DNA of 64,000 bases from an uncultured Eubacteriales bacterium (GTDB taxonomy: Bacteria; Acidobacteriota; Aminicenantia; Aminicenantales; Aminicenantaceae), in contig CAZDJZ010000001.1 in the NCBI GenBank assembly GCA_964505785.1, positions 259,996 through 323,995 on the forward strand, read 5' to 3'. Positions 20,628-30,190 of this stretch are shown here, in pieces (the first letter of the stretch is position 1; each line of letters opens with the position of its first letter). A model generated the notes under the pieces. The model saw only the letters and a list, made by a program, of their open reading frames with translations. It did not search any database and was not told where the DNA came from. The translations under genes were made by a program, and so were the position numbers.

Positions 20628-22979
20628 ATGTTCAGATTGTTTGACCGTTATATTTTCCGGGAAACGATCCCTCCTTTTGTTCTCGGGCTGCTGGTCTATA
20701 CCTTTGTGCTGCTGATGAATCAAATTCTGCTGCTCTCGGAAATGTTTATTGCCCGGGGAGTTTCTTTGAGAGTGGTTCTTTCCCTCCTGATTTTTTTGAT
20801 TCCTTCCATCTTGGCTTTTAGTTTTCCCATGTCGGTTTTGATGGGAATTCTTGCCGGATTAAGCCGGATGTCCACCGATGCGGAGGTCACGGCCCTTCAA
20901 ACTTTGGGTATAGGATATCACCGCTTATTGCGGCCGGTATTGATTTTTTCTTTTATGGGATGGATTTTAACTTCATTTTTGACCTTATATCTTGCCCCCA
21001 GAGCTAATTATAAGTGGGTTCAAACATTATCTCAATCGGTATTAGCTAAAGCCCAGATTGACATCAAACCCCGGGAATTTTACGAATCGATTCCGCATAC
21101 CGTGATTTATCTGCAGGATATTGCTCCGGATAAAAGCTGGAAAAATATTTTTGTCTATTTTACGAGGCCGCACCGGGAGCCGCAGCTGATCCTGGCATCC
21201 CGGGGAAGATTGAATTTTTTCCCTGAGAGAAAAAAGGCTGTGCTTGAACTTTATGAAGGAAGCATTCATGCCTACTCTCCAGCCAGCCCTGAAAAATACA
21301 GCGTCACGATGTTTGAGCGGCTAGAAGAGGAATTGAATATTGAAAACATTTTTCCCAATCCCAGCCAGGAAAAACGGGAGCGTGAAAAAGATATTCTTGA
21401 GCTGTATGCCGGTCTGGATAATCTTGAAACCCGAATGGAAAAATTTCCCGATTCAGAAAAAGAGTCCCCATTATTTAAGAGCATGATGCGTCAAATGAGG
21501 ACCTACAAGGTTGAGATCCATAAGAAATGGGCTTTGCCTTTTGCCTGTATTATTTTCGCTTTTCTGGGGATTTCGCTGGGCGTGACCACACGCAAAGGCG
21601 GCCGCACAAGTGGTTTTACTTTAAGTATTGCCATTATCATTTTTTATTATATTTTGATTCAGGCGGGGGCAAGCCTGGCTGTTGAAGGCCGGATATCTGC
21701 TTTTATCGGGATTTGGAGCGCCAATATTATATTAGGTCTTATCAGTTTTTATGCTTTTTTTTCCGCCGAAAAGGAATTACACTGGCAGAAAATGCTGCGG
21801 TGGATAAGAAAGCGGTTTCCAAGCTGGAAAAGCCGCGGCTTTTCCCTTGAATTACCCCGGATATCCCTGCGTTTTCCCAATATTCTCGACCGGTATACCG
21901 GCCGGAAATATTTATCTGTTTTTATCCTGGTTTTTGTCAGCACCTTATCCTTGTTTATTATCATCACCTTTTTTGATCAAATCGATAATCTATACGAGCA
22001 TAATCAGCCGCTTTCTCTTTTTTTCGAATATATTTGGTATAAAACTCCTGATTTTGTTCATTATGTCTTGCCGATTTCCGCTTTGACAGCCGTATTGCTG
22101 AGTCTCGGACTGATGACGAAATTTAATGAAATAACCGCGATGAAGGCATCCGGTATCAGTTTATACCGAACCGTGCTTCCGGTATTGTTTCTCTCCGGGA
22201 TGGTCAGTTTTTTTTCTTTCTATCTTCAGGAAAATATTCTGCCGTATTCAAACAAAAAAGCCGAAGAAACCTGGAACCGGATCAATAACATTCCTCCGCG
22301 GAGCTATAACCGTCTAGACCGAAGGTGGGTCATGGGAAAAAATCAAGAAAGGATCTATTATGATGGACTGCGGATGTATTACTATAATTACTATGATCCT
22401 ATCGCATCGGTATTTAGTCATATAACCATTCTGGAAATAAATTCCTTTGACTGGTCGATTACACGCAGGATTTACGCAGACATGGGGACCTTAAATGGTC
22501 ATGACCTCTTGATGAAAAACGCCTGGATCAGGCGTTTTTCGGATGGCAAACCCAGTGAATTCACCCAGCTGGAGGAAAGCGTCCTGTTATTAAATGAAGC
22601 CAAAGATTATTTCATCAGGGAGTGGAAGGAACCGGATCAGATGAATTATTCAGAATTGAAGCAGTATATCCTTAGTATCGAAGAAAGACGGTTCGATACG
22701 ATCCGGCTCGAAGTCGATCTGCATTCCAAAATCTCTTTTCCCATGGTGAGTTTGATAATGACTTTGCTGGCTATTCCTTTTGCTTTTTCCATGGGCAAAC
22801 GCGGAGCCCTGTTCGGAATCGGGCTGAGTTTGATCATCGCTATGATTTATTGGGGAGCTATTGGCGTTTTTCAAAGCATGGGGTACGCCGGTTACTTGCA
22901 GCCTTTTCTGGCGGCCTGGGGGCCAAATTTTATCTTCGGCTTGGTAGGATTGTATTTTATGCTGACATTGAGAACCTAG
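20628..22979 (+). CDS. Fused LptF-LptG-type LPS export permease (two YjgP/YjgQ modules)
   Basis: 783 aa. Module 1 starts MFRLFDRYIFRE. Module 2 starts near aa 418 (ILDRYTGRKY). Each has the 3TM / periplasmic domain / 3TM layout. Confidence 0.8.
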   Translation: MFRLFDRYIFRETIPPFVLGLLVYTFVLLMNQILLLSEMFIARGVSLRVVLSLLIFLIPSILAFSFPMSVLMGILAGLSRMSTDAEVTALQTLGIGYHRLLRPVLIFSFMGWILTSFLTLYLAPRANYKWVQTLSQSVLAKAQIDIKPREFYESIPHTVIYLQDIAPDKSWKNIFVYFTRPHREPQLILASRGRLNFFPERKKAVLELYEGSIHAYSPASPEKYSVTMFERLEEELNIENIFPNPSQEKREREKDILELYAGLDNLETRMEKFPDSEKESPLFKSMMRQMRTYKVEIHKKWALPFACIIFAFLGISLGVTTRKGGRTSGFTLSIAIIIFYYILIQAGASLAVEGRISAFIGIWSANIILGLISFYAFFSAEKELHWQKMLRWIRKRFPSWKSRGFSLELPRISLRFPNILDRYTGRKYLSVFILVFVSTLSLFIIITFFDQIDNLYEHNQPLSLFFEYIWYKTPDFVHYVLPISALTAVLLSLGLMTKFNEITAMKASGISLYRTVLPVLFLSGMVSFFSFYLQENILPYSNKKAEETWNRINNIPPRSYNRLDRRWVMGKNQERIYYDGLRMYYYNYYDPIASVFSHITILEINSFDWSITRRIYADMGTLNGHDLLMKNAWIRRFSDGKPSEFTQLEESVLLLNEAKDYFIREWKEPDQMNYSELKQYILSIEERRFDTIRLEVDLHSKISFPMVSLIMTLLAIPFAFSMGKRGALFGIGLSLIIAMIYWGAIGVFQSMGYAGYLQPFLAAWGPNFIFGLVGLYFMLTLRT

Positions 22980-23032
22980 CCTGGCTTATTCACGGGCCGA
23001 AATGGCTGCTTTTTTATGAATAATCCAGGCTA
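22977..23032. repeat. 56-bp palindromic element made of two inverted copies of the TAGCCTGGATTATT word
   Basis: TAGCCTGGcTTATTCA...TGAATAATCCAGGCTA, arms 15/16 complementary. It overlaps the lptFG TAG stop and lies between convergent genes. Confidence 0.85.
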
Positions 23033-23045
23033 GCCTCACCAGCGT

Positions 23046-23531
23046 TTACATTTTATATTTGCCGAAATCTTCCGGTTTTAAATTCTCCAGCCAGTTCTTC
23101 AGCTTTTCCGAATCTTCCAAGTTTTCGTCAAATTTTAAACTTTGCGCCTTTTCAATGACCTTATCCTCCACAAAAATAGGAGAATCGGTTCGCAGGGAAA
23201 GCGCAATGGCATCGGAGGGACGTGAGTCTATGGCAATGGTTTCGCCGTTATGCCGGCAGTAAATGACGGCATAAAAAGTATTATCTTTGATATCATTGAC
23301 GACAATTTTTTCTACATGAGTCTCCAAATTATTCAACAAATTCTTAACAAGGTCGTGAGTCATGGGCCTGGGTGTGCTGATATTTTCAAGCTTGAGCGAG
23401 ATGGCATTGGCTTCGAATACGCCGATCCAGATCGGCAGCATTCTTTCCTTTTGCGGGTCTTCCAGCACGACAATGGGCATTTTAGAAACGGGGTCAATCA
23501 CCAACCCCTTGATTTTCATGCGAATTTCCAT
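23046..23531 (-). CDS. Bifunctional nuclease family protein (DUF151)
   Basis: PIVVLED...MLPIWIG..EA.AI and RPMTHDL are typical of the BFN fold. Confidence 0.75.
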   Translation of the reverse strand: MEIRMKIKGLVIDPVSKMPIVVLEDPQKERMLPIWIGVFEANAISLKLENISTPRPMTHDLVKNLLNNLETHVEKIVVNDIKDNTFYAVIYCRHNGETIAIDSRPSDAIALSLRTDSPIFVEDKVIEKAQSLKFDENLEDSEKLKNWLENLKPEDFGKYKM

Positions 23532-23600
23532 ATCGACCTCCAGTCAGCTTGTCTTAATATAAGGCTGGCCCCGGGTATTGTCAAGAATCGAAAAAAGGAC

Positions 23601-25604
23601 TTAGTCTTTGTCTTTCAGCACTTTTGTGATATTCTCCTCAAGGCCGGCCAGGACGAGAATATCCCCTTTTTTTGCCGTTTCCTCAGCGGAAGGGATCGTG
23701 ATGGTGCGGGGAGGATATTTGCGTTTGATCAACAAGATGTCTATTCCATAACGTGCTTTCAGGTTCAATTGGATGAGATTTTTATCCCAGAAACGGGAGG
23801 GAGCCATAATCTCTGTTACTTTATAACCGGCCCCGATGTCGAAACTTTTGGTCAAGTTCGTAGATTTGAGTTTTTGGATCAAACCGGAGGCGGCTTCGCG
23901 CTTCATGATTTCGTGGTTATAAGCCTCAATCACATCTTTCCGTTTGATAACCCCCATGAACTTGCCGTTTTTAACGACCGCGATTTCATCAACATCACTT
24001 CTTCCGAAAATATGCATGGCCTCTTCCAGGGTGTCATTGATATCGATGAATACCCCGGAGATGGCGATGTCTTCCGCTATGACCAAGGAATCAAGCCATT
24101 CCTTATCATATGTCAGGTTAACAAGTTCCTTGAAGCTGAAATATCCGAGATAATGATTCGATGAATCAATAATTTGAAAACAAATTTGATTGCCGCTGAG
24201 TGTTTGGTTTATGATTTTACCCGCCTGTTCCGTGTCTAAAAATGTTTGGTAATCCTGGCTGATAAAGTCGCGAACAGTTAGTGAGCGCAGTATATTGACA
24301 TCTTTTCCTTCTTTGTAAAGCAGTCCTTTCTTTTTCAATTTGATTGTATAGATGGATTCTCTATGGAGTCCTGCTGTGATAAGTGAGGCGATAATGCAAG
24401 AGAGCATCAAAGGAAGAATAATCTTATAATCTCCGGTCATCTCAAAAATCATAATGATCGCGGTTATAGGTGCATGGGTGGCGGCGGCAACAACGGCCCC
24501 CATTCCAACGAGGGAAAAGGCGCCCGGCGTTGAAATTGATCCCGGGAAAAGGTTGTGAAAGATATTTCCAATGAAATTTCCTGTCATCGCGCCCATGAAA
24601 AGCGAAGGAGCCAGAACACCTCCGGATCCCCCCGAACCTAGAGTCATTGAAGTACTCAAAACTTTGGCAAAAATGAGAACGCAGGCTAAAAGTATCCCTA
24701 CCTGGCCCTGGAGGCCGGCATCGATGGCTTCATAACTGGTTCCTAGAATTTGCGGAAATGCCAACCCTGCTCCGCCAACCAAAAGACCGCCCAGCATTGG
24801 TTTTAACAAAGGATGGACACGGAGATTTTCAAAATTTTCTTCGAAGAAATATAGGACTTTAATGAAAACAATCGCAATCAGTCCGCTAATGATGCCAAGT
24901 AAAATATAAGGGCCGATTTCCCAAATACTGATGAGCGTATATTTTGGAACAAAAAAAGCGGCAAAATCCCCTGTGAGAAACCGGGCTGTTAATGTCGCGA
25001 TAACAGAAGTTACAATTATAGGGCTGAATGAAAAAACACCAAATTCGCTCATAAGGACTTCCATAGCGAATAGGGCGCCAGCAATAGGCGCGTTGAAAGT
25101 CGCTCCAATACCGCCGGCGGCTCCAGCAGCAACTAGAGTCCGCATACCCCGCTCTTTGACTTTAAAGACCTTTCCAAAGGTTGAGGCAATGGAAGAGCTG
25201 ATCTGCACGATAGGTCCTTCCCGTCCCGCGGAGCCTCCGGTTCCGATACAGACGGATGATGCCAAGGCTTTGACAACGGCGACTTTTGGTTTTATTCGCC
25301 CTCCCCGAAAAATAAGTGACTCCAGAATTTCCGGAACTCCATGACCTTTGGCTTCCCGGGCGCCGTAATATATCATTGGGGCGATAATGAGTCCGCCGAT
25401 AGCGGGAATTAATATGGTAAAAAACCAGGGCTGCTCTGGGACAGCTGCAATAATGGGAGAAAGCCGCCAAAAAAATCTTTGAAAAAAATGGATTAAAAAC
25501 TCAAATAGGATAGAAGTGAGACCGGCGATAATGCCGATCAGGACGGCTAATAGGGTTAGATTCACATGTTCAGCGAATTCTGGATTTTTTGGTGAAAATC
25601 TCAT
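23601..25604 (-). CDS. ClC voltage-gated chloride channel with CBS pair and TrkA-C (RCK_C) domain
   Basis: ClC motifs GSAGREGP and GVLAPSLFMG, followed by CBS-like repeats and a C-terminal GDILVLAG segment. Confidence 0.88.
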   Translation of the reverse strand: MRFSPKNPEFAEHVNLTLLAVLIGIIAGLTSILFEFLIHFFQRFFWRLSPIIAAVPEQPWFFTILIPAIGGLIIAPMIYYGAREAKGHGVPEILESLIFRGGRIKPKVAVVKALASSVCIGTGGSAGREGPIVQISSSIASTFGKVFKVKERGMRTLVAAGAAGGIGATFNAPIAGALFAMEVLMSEFGVFSFSPIIVTSVIATLTARFLTGDFAAFFVPKYTLISIWEIGPYILLGIISGLIAIVFIKVLYFFEENFENLRVHPLLKPMLGGLLVGGAGLAFPQILGTSYEAIDAGLQGQVGILLACVLIFAKVLSTSMTLGSGGSGGVLAPSLFMGAMTGNFIGNIFHNLFPGSISTPGAFSLVGMGAVVAAATHAPITAIIMIFEMTGDYKIILPLMLSCIIASLITAGLHRESIYTIKLKKKGLLYKEGKDVNILRSLTVRDFISQDYQTFLDTEQAGKIINQTLSGNQICFQIIDSSNHYLGYFSFKELVNLTYDKEWLDSLVIAEDIAISGVFIDINDTLEEAMHIFGRSDVDEIAVVKNGKFMGVIKRKDVIEAYNHEIMKREAASGLIQKLKSTNLTKSFDIGAGYKVTEIMAPSRFWDKNLIQLNLKARYGIDILLIKRKYPPRTITIPSAEETAKKGDILVLAGLEENITKVLKDKD

Positions 25605-25839
25605 ATTATTATCAACCTGTGTTTTTTAATAAAGTCATCCCCTTGCGGCACAAGGGAAGGCGATGAGTCTCGATTTTATCCAGTTGGTCTCATCTTTTCA
25701 AGTCCGCTGTATTTTTTTTGGCGCCGATGCATCATAATCCGGTGGAAGCTGGTTGTATAATGTGAGGAAACAACGGGATGTTCAGGTGGGGAGAAGGCCT
25801 TTTTTTTTGAGAGGCAAAGTGTTAGAATAGCTTCGGAGG

Positions 25840-26757
25840 ATGAAGATGAAAAAAACTGTTTGGCTGATTGTATTGCTTGTTTTTTGCGGGAATTTGGCCA
25901 TTGCGCAGACATATAAAGGCAAAGCCAGAATCAAAGGATTTGTCTATGACGAAGAAGGCAATCCGATCGAAGGTGTAACGGTCAAACTTTATTCTGTTAT
26001 TGGTGAATCCGGGTTTGAGGTGGAAACTGATGCTGAGGGCAAATGGCTGGCTTCATGGATTAGAGGAGGAGCCTGGAATGTTGATTTTGAGAAAATTGGA
26101 TACGCGCCGAAAAAAATCAGTATTGATGTAAAAAGTTACGGACGCAATCCTGATATTGAAGCTACACTTGAAAAAGTCGAAGGACTGGTTATCACACCGG
26201 AATTGGGGGAGGAACTGGGAAAAGGGAATGATCTGTACAACCAGGGCCAATACAAGGAATCTATTGCCTTATTTGAAAAATTGCTGGCGGATAACCCTGA
26301 TGCTTACATTATTAATATGAATATCGGGAATGCCTATTTTCAAATGGAAGAATACGACACTGCTTTAAGTTATTATGCAAAAGTATTGGATGCGGCCCCG
26401 GACAACATCCGGGCCAAACTTCAAGCAGGAAACGCTCTGGCTAATCAAGGCAAAGATGAGGAAGCCCTGGAATGGTATAGTAAGATTGATTTCCAAGAAA
26501 TCGATGATGCCACCGTTCTTTATAACATCGGGACCAATTATTATAACAGCGGACAATATGCGGATGCTTTAAAGTATTATGAGCGGGCCCTGGAAGTGGA
26601 CAAAAATTTCCTTGATGCTGTCTACCAAGCGGGTTTAGCGAATCTTTCCCTTGGTGAAAATAAGAATGCCGTCAAATATTTTGAATTGTATCTGGAAAAA
26701 GATCCGGATTCTCAGCGTGCAGATCAGGTCCGGGGATTTCTGGATTACCTGAAATAG
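25840..26757 (+). CDS. Secreted CarboxypepD_reg-like domain + TPR repeat protein
   Basis: Signal peptide, then GFVYDEEGNPIEGVTVKLY...TDAEGKW, then 4-5 TPR units. Confidence 0.75.
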   Translation: MKMKKTVWLIVLLVFCGNLAIAQTYKGKARIKGFVYDEEGNPIEGVTVKLYSVIGESGFEVETDAEGKWLASWIRGGAWNVDFEKIGYAPKKISIDVKSYGRNPDIEATLEKVEGLVITPELGEELGKGNDLYNQGQYKESIALFEKLLADNPDAYIINMNIGNAYFQMEEYDTALSYYAKVLDAAPDNIRAKLQAGNALANQGKDEEALEWYSKIDFQEIDDATVLYNIGTNYYNSGQYADALKYYERALEVDKNFLDAVYQAGLANLSLGENKNAVKYFELYLEKDPDSQRADQVRGFLDYLK

Positions 26758-26796
26758 TATTTTCGATAAACCGCCGGAAACCGGCGGAGGGACAGC

Positions 26797-27711
26797 ATGC
26801 CAAAACATAAAGTAATTTTATTTTTTTTGGGGGTTGGATGGTTGGCAGGCATCTGGGCTTGCGGGCCGTCCCGTGCTGTAAAATTAGACGCATCAGCTCA
26901 GAATTTTTATGAAACCGCCCGTTTGATCATGACGGAACAAGAAAAGAAGATTTTCAATCATATGCCCAGCAATAAAGCACGAAAAGAGTTTGTTCAGGAG
27001 TTCTGGGACAAACGTGATCCCAGCCCGGATAACGACATCAATGAATTTAAGGAGGAGTTCTACCGCCGCATCGAATATGCCAATACCCGTTTTCGTGAAG
27101 GGACGCAAGGATGGAAAACCGACCGGGGCCGCATTTATATTTTTTTTGGGCCTCCGGACCGGATTGAGCGGCGGCCTATGCTGAATTACCCTGAGGCTAA
27201 AGGAATTCAAGTGTGGATTTATTACCGTTATAATTTCGGGGTGGAATTTGTCGATAAACGGGGAGACGGGTCTTACACCTTTGATCCTTACAGCGGGGTA
27301 TACGGGAGTTTTTTTGATGCCATGGAAATGGCGAAGCTGGGTTTGACGGCAATCGATTCCGCAAATGAAGAGTGGGTCAAAAAATTTATGGATTTCAATG
27401 CGGATTATAATGCGTCAAATCAGGAAATTGAGCTGTCGATTCCTGCGGATACCCTTGTTTTTGTGGAAGAAGATGAAATTTTGACCGTTAGTTTTTTGTT
27501 AAAGTTTTATATTTATGAGAAAAACGGGCCGAAACTGGATGAGTTTGAAGCTAACCGGAGGGTAGAAATAACGGAGCAGGAAATTCTGGAAACGAAAGAA
27601 GTTACATTGACCATTCCGTACCAATTGGCGCCTGGAAATTATTATTTTGATGTAGTGGTGGAAGTTTCTGAAACGGGGAGGGTCCGCAAGATTTTTGATA
27701 TCAAGGCGTGA
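26797..27711 (+). CDS. GWxTD domain lipoprotein
   Basis: Lipobox GIWA-C, FWDKRDP...NEF...Y.RIEYAN and GWKTDRGRIYIFFGPPD. Confidence 0.8.
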   Translation: MPKHKVILFFLGVGWLAGIWACGPSRAVKLDASAQNFYETARLIMTEQEKKIFNHMPSNKARKEFVQEFWDKRDPSPDNDINEFKEEFYRRIEYANTRFREGTQGWKTDRGRIYIFFGPPDRIERRPMLNYPEAKGIQVWIYYRYNFGVEFVDKRGDGSYTFDPYSGVYGSFFDAMEMAKLGLTAIDSANEEWVKKFMDFNADYNASNQEIELSIPADTLVFVEEDEILTVSFLLKFYIYEKNGPKLDEFEANRRVEITEQEILETKEVTLTIPYQLAPGNYYFDVVVEVSETGRVRKIFDIKA

Positions 27712-27715
27712 TGGC

Positions 27716-29815
27716 ATGAGAAAACAAATTTGTATTTGGATGACCGTATTTCTTGCGATGACCATTTTATCAGGTCCGGTTTTCGGACAGAAAATCAAAC
27801 GCAGGGACCTGCCTCAAAAATACCAGGATTTTTTAGACTTGACGCAGTATATCATCATGGAAGAAGAACAGGATGTATTCATGCAGCTGCAATCAAACCG
27901 CGACCGGGATATTTTTATTGAGACATTTTGGGCTCAACGGGATCCGACCCCCGGAACACCGGCTAATGAGTATAAACAGCAGCATATTGAGCGTTTCCAT
28001 TATGCCAACCAGCGCTATGGCCGCTCAACCGCCCGTGACGGCTGGAGGACGGATCAGGGGCGTATTTACATCATTTTGGGAGAGCCCCACAGTGTTGAGC
28101 GTTTCACCAGTCAGCAGGGAATTTATCCTACCGAAGTCTGGTATTACTACGGAGACAAGAATAAAGGCCTTCCTCCTCATTTTGCGATTGTATTTTATAA
28201 GCGGAGCGGCATTGGGGAATTTCAAATATATGATCATGTGGCGGACGGTCCCAGTGCGCTTCTGGTTGACGGCCGGCACATGGATTCCGCAAATTATGCA
28301 ACCTTATACGAAACGATTCAAGAATTGGCTCCCACATTGGCATTGGTGTCCCATTCCATGGTCCCAGGGGATATTCCTTATAATTACCAGCCTTCACCGG
28401 TAAACAATATTATGATGGCCGATATTCTGGAATCGCCGAAGAAAGATGTCAATCCCAAATACGCCACCCATTTTTTAGATTACAAAGGGATTGTCAGCTC
28501 CGAATACATGACCAATTATATCGAAAGCGAAGCTAATTTGGCTTTTATGCGGGACCCCCTTCTGGGCATGAATTTCGCTCATTTTTCCATGGCGCCCAAA
28601 GAAATTTCCGTGGATTACTACGAACCCAAAGACCAATATTATTGTAATTATTCCATCAACGTAAGTTTGCGTAAAAACGACGACGATATTGTGTTTCAAT
28701 ACACAAAGGATTTTCCTTTCTATTTTTCCCCCGAAAAGGTTGAAGGAATTCAAAGCAACGGCATTGCCATAGAAGATTCATTCCCTATTGCCGAAGGTAC
28801 ATACAAATTCATTGTTCTTCTTCAGAATTCGGTAGGGAAGGAATTCAGTGTTTTTGAAGAAAACATCACCATTCCGGAGGATTCCAAGGAACCCCGGATT
28901 GATGCATTCCTTATTGGGTATGATTCCCAGAAATACAGCGGAAATCTGCATATTCCTTTCAAAGTGATGGACACAAAGCTGCTGCTTGATCCCAAAAACA
29001 CTTTTTCCCAAGGCGATGAGCTCCATTTCATGGTCAATATGATCAATATCAGCAGAGCTATATGGGAATCCGGCCGTTTGAAAATTCATCTTAAGGGAAT
29101 GAAACACAGCCAGCCGGTTGAAAAATCATTAAACATCCGGTTGACGGATTATCCCTTTAATGCGGCCATTCCTGTCAACAAGATATTTGCAGGCACCCAG
29201 CTTTCGCCCGACTACTATGAAGTGTCCGTAGATTTAATGAATGGAGAGGGGGTTGTCCTGGACAGCTCCAAAGCCAATCTTATCATTTCACCTGAAGCAG
29301 CCATAGCGCATCCCATGTCCAACACCAAGGCCTTTTCGCATGCCAATAGTTTTGTTTTCTATCTTATGCTGGCCAACCAATATGAAAAATCTGATCAGCC
29401 GGAGAAAGCTGAAGCCTTTTATCAGCGTGTTTTTGAAACGAGACCGGATTATACCAAGGCGCTTTTGGACTATTCCAACTTTTTAATCGATCAGAAAAAA
29501 TATCAAAAAGGTATTGAAATTATTGAAAAATTGAAAGCTCATGATAGTGCAGAGTATGATTACTATCTGTTGAAAGGAAAAGCCCTGATGGGTTTGGGGC
29601 AGTATTCCCAAGCGATTGATTATTTTTTGGAAGGGAATAAAATCTATAACAGTGATATTGTCCTGTTGAATGCGCTGGGTTTCTGCTACCGTCAGACCGG
29701 CCGGCATAAACAAGCATTGGAGGTCTTCCAATCCTCGTTGGAACTGAATAACCAGCAGCCGGAGATCAAGGCGATGGTGGAAGAGATTCGGAATAAACAG
29801 CATATCAAACCTTAA
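27716..29815 (+). CDS. GWxTD domain protein with C-terminal TPR repeats
   Basis: Start at ATG 27716, 4 nt after the upstream stop. Signal peptide, FWAQRDPTP...NEY, GWRTDQGRIYIILGEP and C-terminal TPRs. Confidence 0.8.
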   Translation: MRKQICIWMTVFLAMTILSGPVFGQKIKRRDLPQKYQDFLDLTQYIIMEEEQDVFMQLQSNRDRDIFIETFWAQRDPTPGTPANEYKQQHIERFHYANQRYGRSTARDGWRTDQGRIYIILGEPHSVERFTSQQGIYPTEVWYYYGDKNKGLPPHFAIVFYKRSGIGEFQIYDHVADGPSALLVDGRHMDSANYATLYETIQELAPTLALVSHSMVPGDIPYNYQPSPVNNIMMADILESPKKDVNPKYATHFLDYKGIVSSEYMTNYIESEANLAFMRDPLLGMNFAHFSMAPKEISVDYYEPKDQYYCNYSINVSLRKNDDDIVFQYTKDFPFYFSPEKVEGIQSNGIAIEDSFPIAEGTYKFIVLLQNSVGKEFSVFEENITIPEDSKEPRIDAFLIGYDSQKYSGNLHIPFKVMDTKLLLDPKNTFSQGDELHFMVNMINISRAIWESGRLKIHLKGMKHSQPVEKSLNIRLTDYPFNAAIPVNKIFAGTQLSPDYYEVSVDLMNGEGVVLDSSKANLIISPEAAIAHPMSNTKAFSHANSFVFYLMLANQYEKSDQPEKAEAFYQRVFETRPDYTKALLDYSNFLIDQKKYQKGIEIIEKLKAHDSAEYDYYLLKGKALMGLGQYSQAIDYFLEGNKIYNSDIVLLNALGFCYRQTGRHKQALEVFQSSLELNNQQPEIKAMVEEIRNKQHIKP

Positions 29816-29882
29816 ACCTGAAATCCAATGAGTTCATGGAGGACTGAACGGTCCAGCCGAAGCTGCCTGGTTTTTACAGAAT

Positions 29883-29903
29883 GACACTATCGTGTCTTTT
29901 TTT
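29883..29903 (+). terminator. Weak rho-independent terminator
   Basis: GACAC-TATC-GTGTC followed by T7; the core stem is only 5 bp. Confidence 0.4.
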
Positions 29904-30130
29904 GATTTCCCTTTGCTCTTTACCAAACCAAGCGGGATCCTTCGTGCGCTAACGTGCTTCTCTGGATAATAATTCATTTAAAAAGGTGAAACCAATCTAA
30001 AATTTGAAAAAACGAATCAGGCCGAGAGGATTTCAAAATGTTTCGTTTAAGGAAAGGGAAGGAATGAGAAGAGTTTGGAGTATGGAAAAACTCAGAACAA
30101 AGCAATTCAGAATAACAAACAAACAAAATA

Positions 30131-30163
30131 AAGAAAAAAGGCCGCGGAATGAATCCCGCGGCC
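30131..30163 (-). terminator. Rho-independent terminator (minus strand)
   Basis: The minus strand reads GGCCGCGG-GATTCATT-CCGCGGCC followed by TTTTTTCTT. Confidence 0.8.
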
Positions 30164-30190
30164 TTGTGATTGATTGAGCTCAGATCGAAA

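Noticed and set aside
23250-24164. 304-aa ORF on the plus strand that crosses the DUF151-ClC intergenic gap
   Set aside because: It is entirely antisense to two well-supported minus-strand genes. Its translation has no motifs and the F/D/I-rich look of a shadow frame. It has no RBS or promoter of its own. I treat it as a non-coding shadow ORF.
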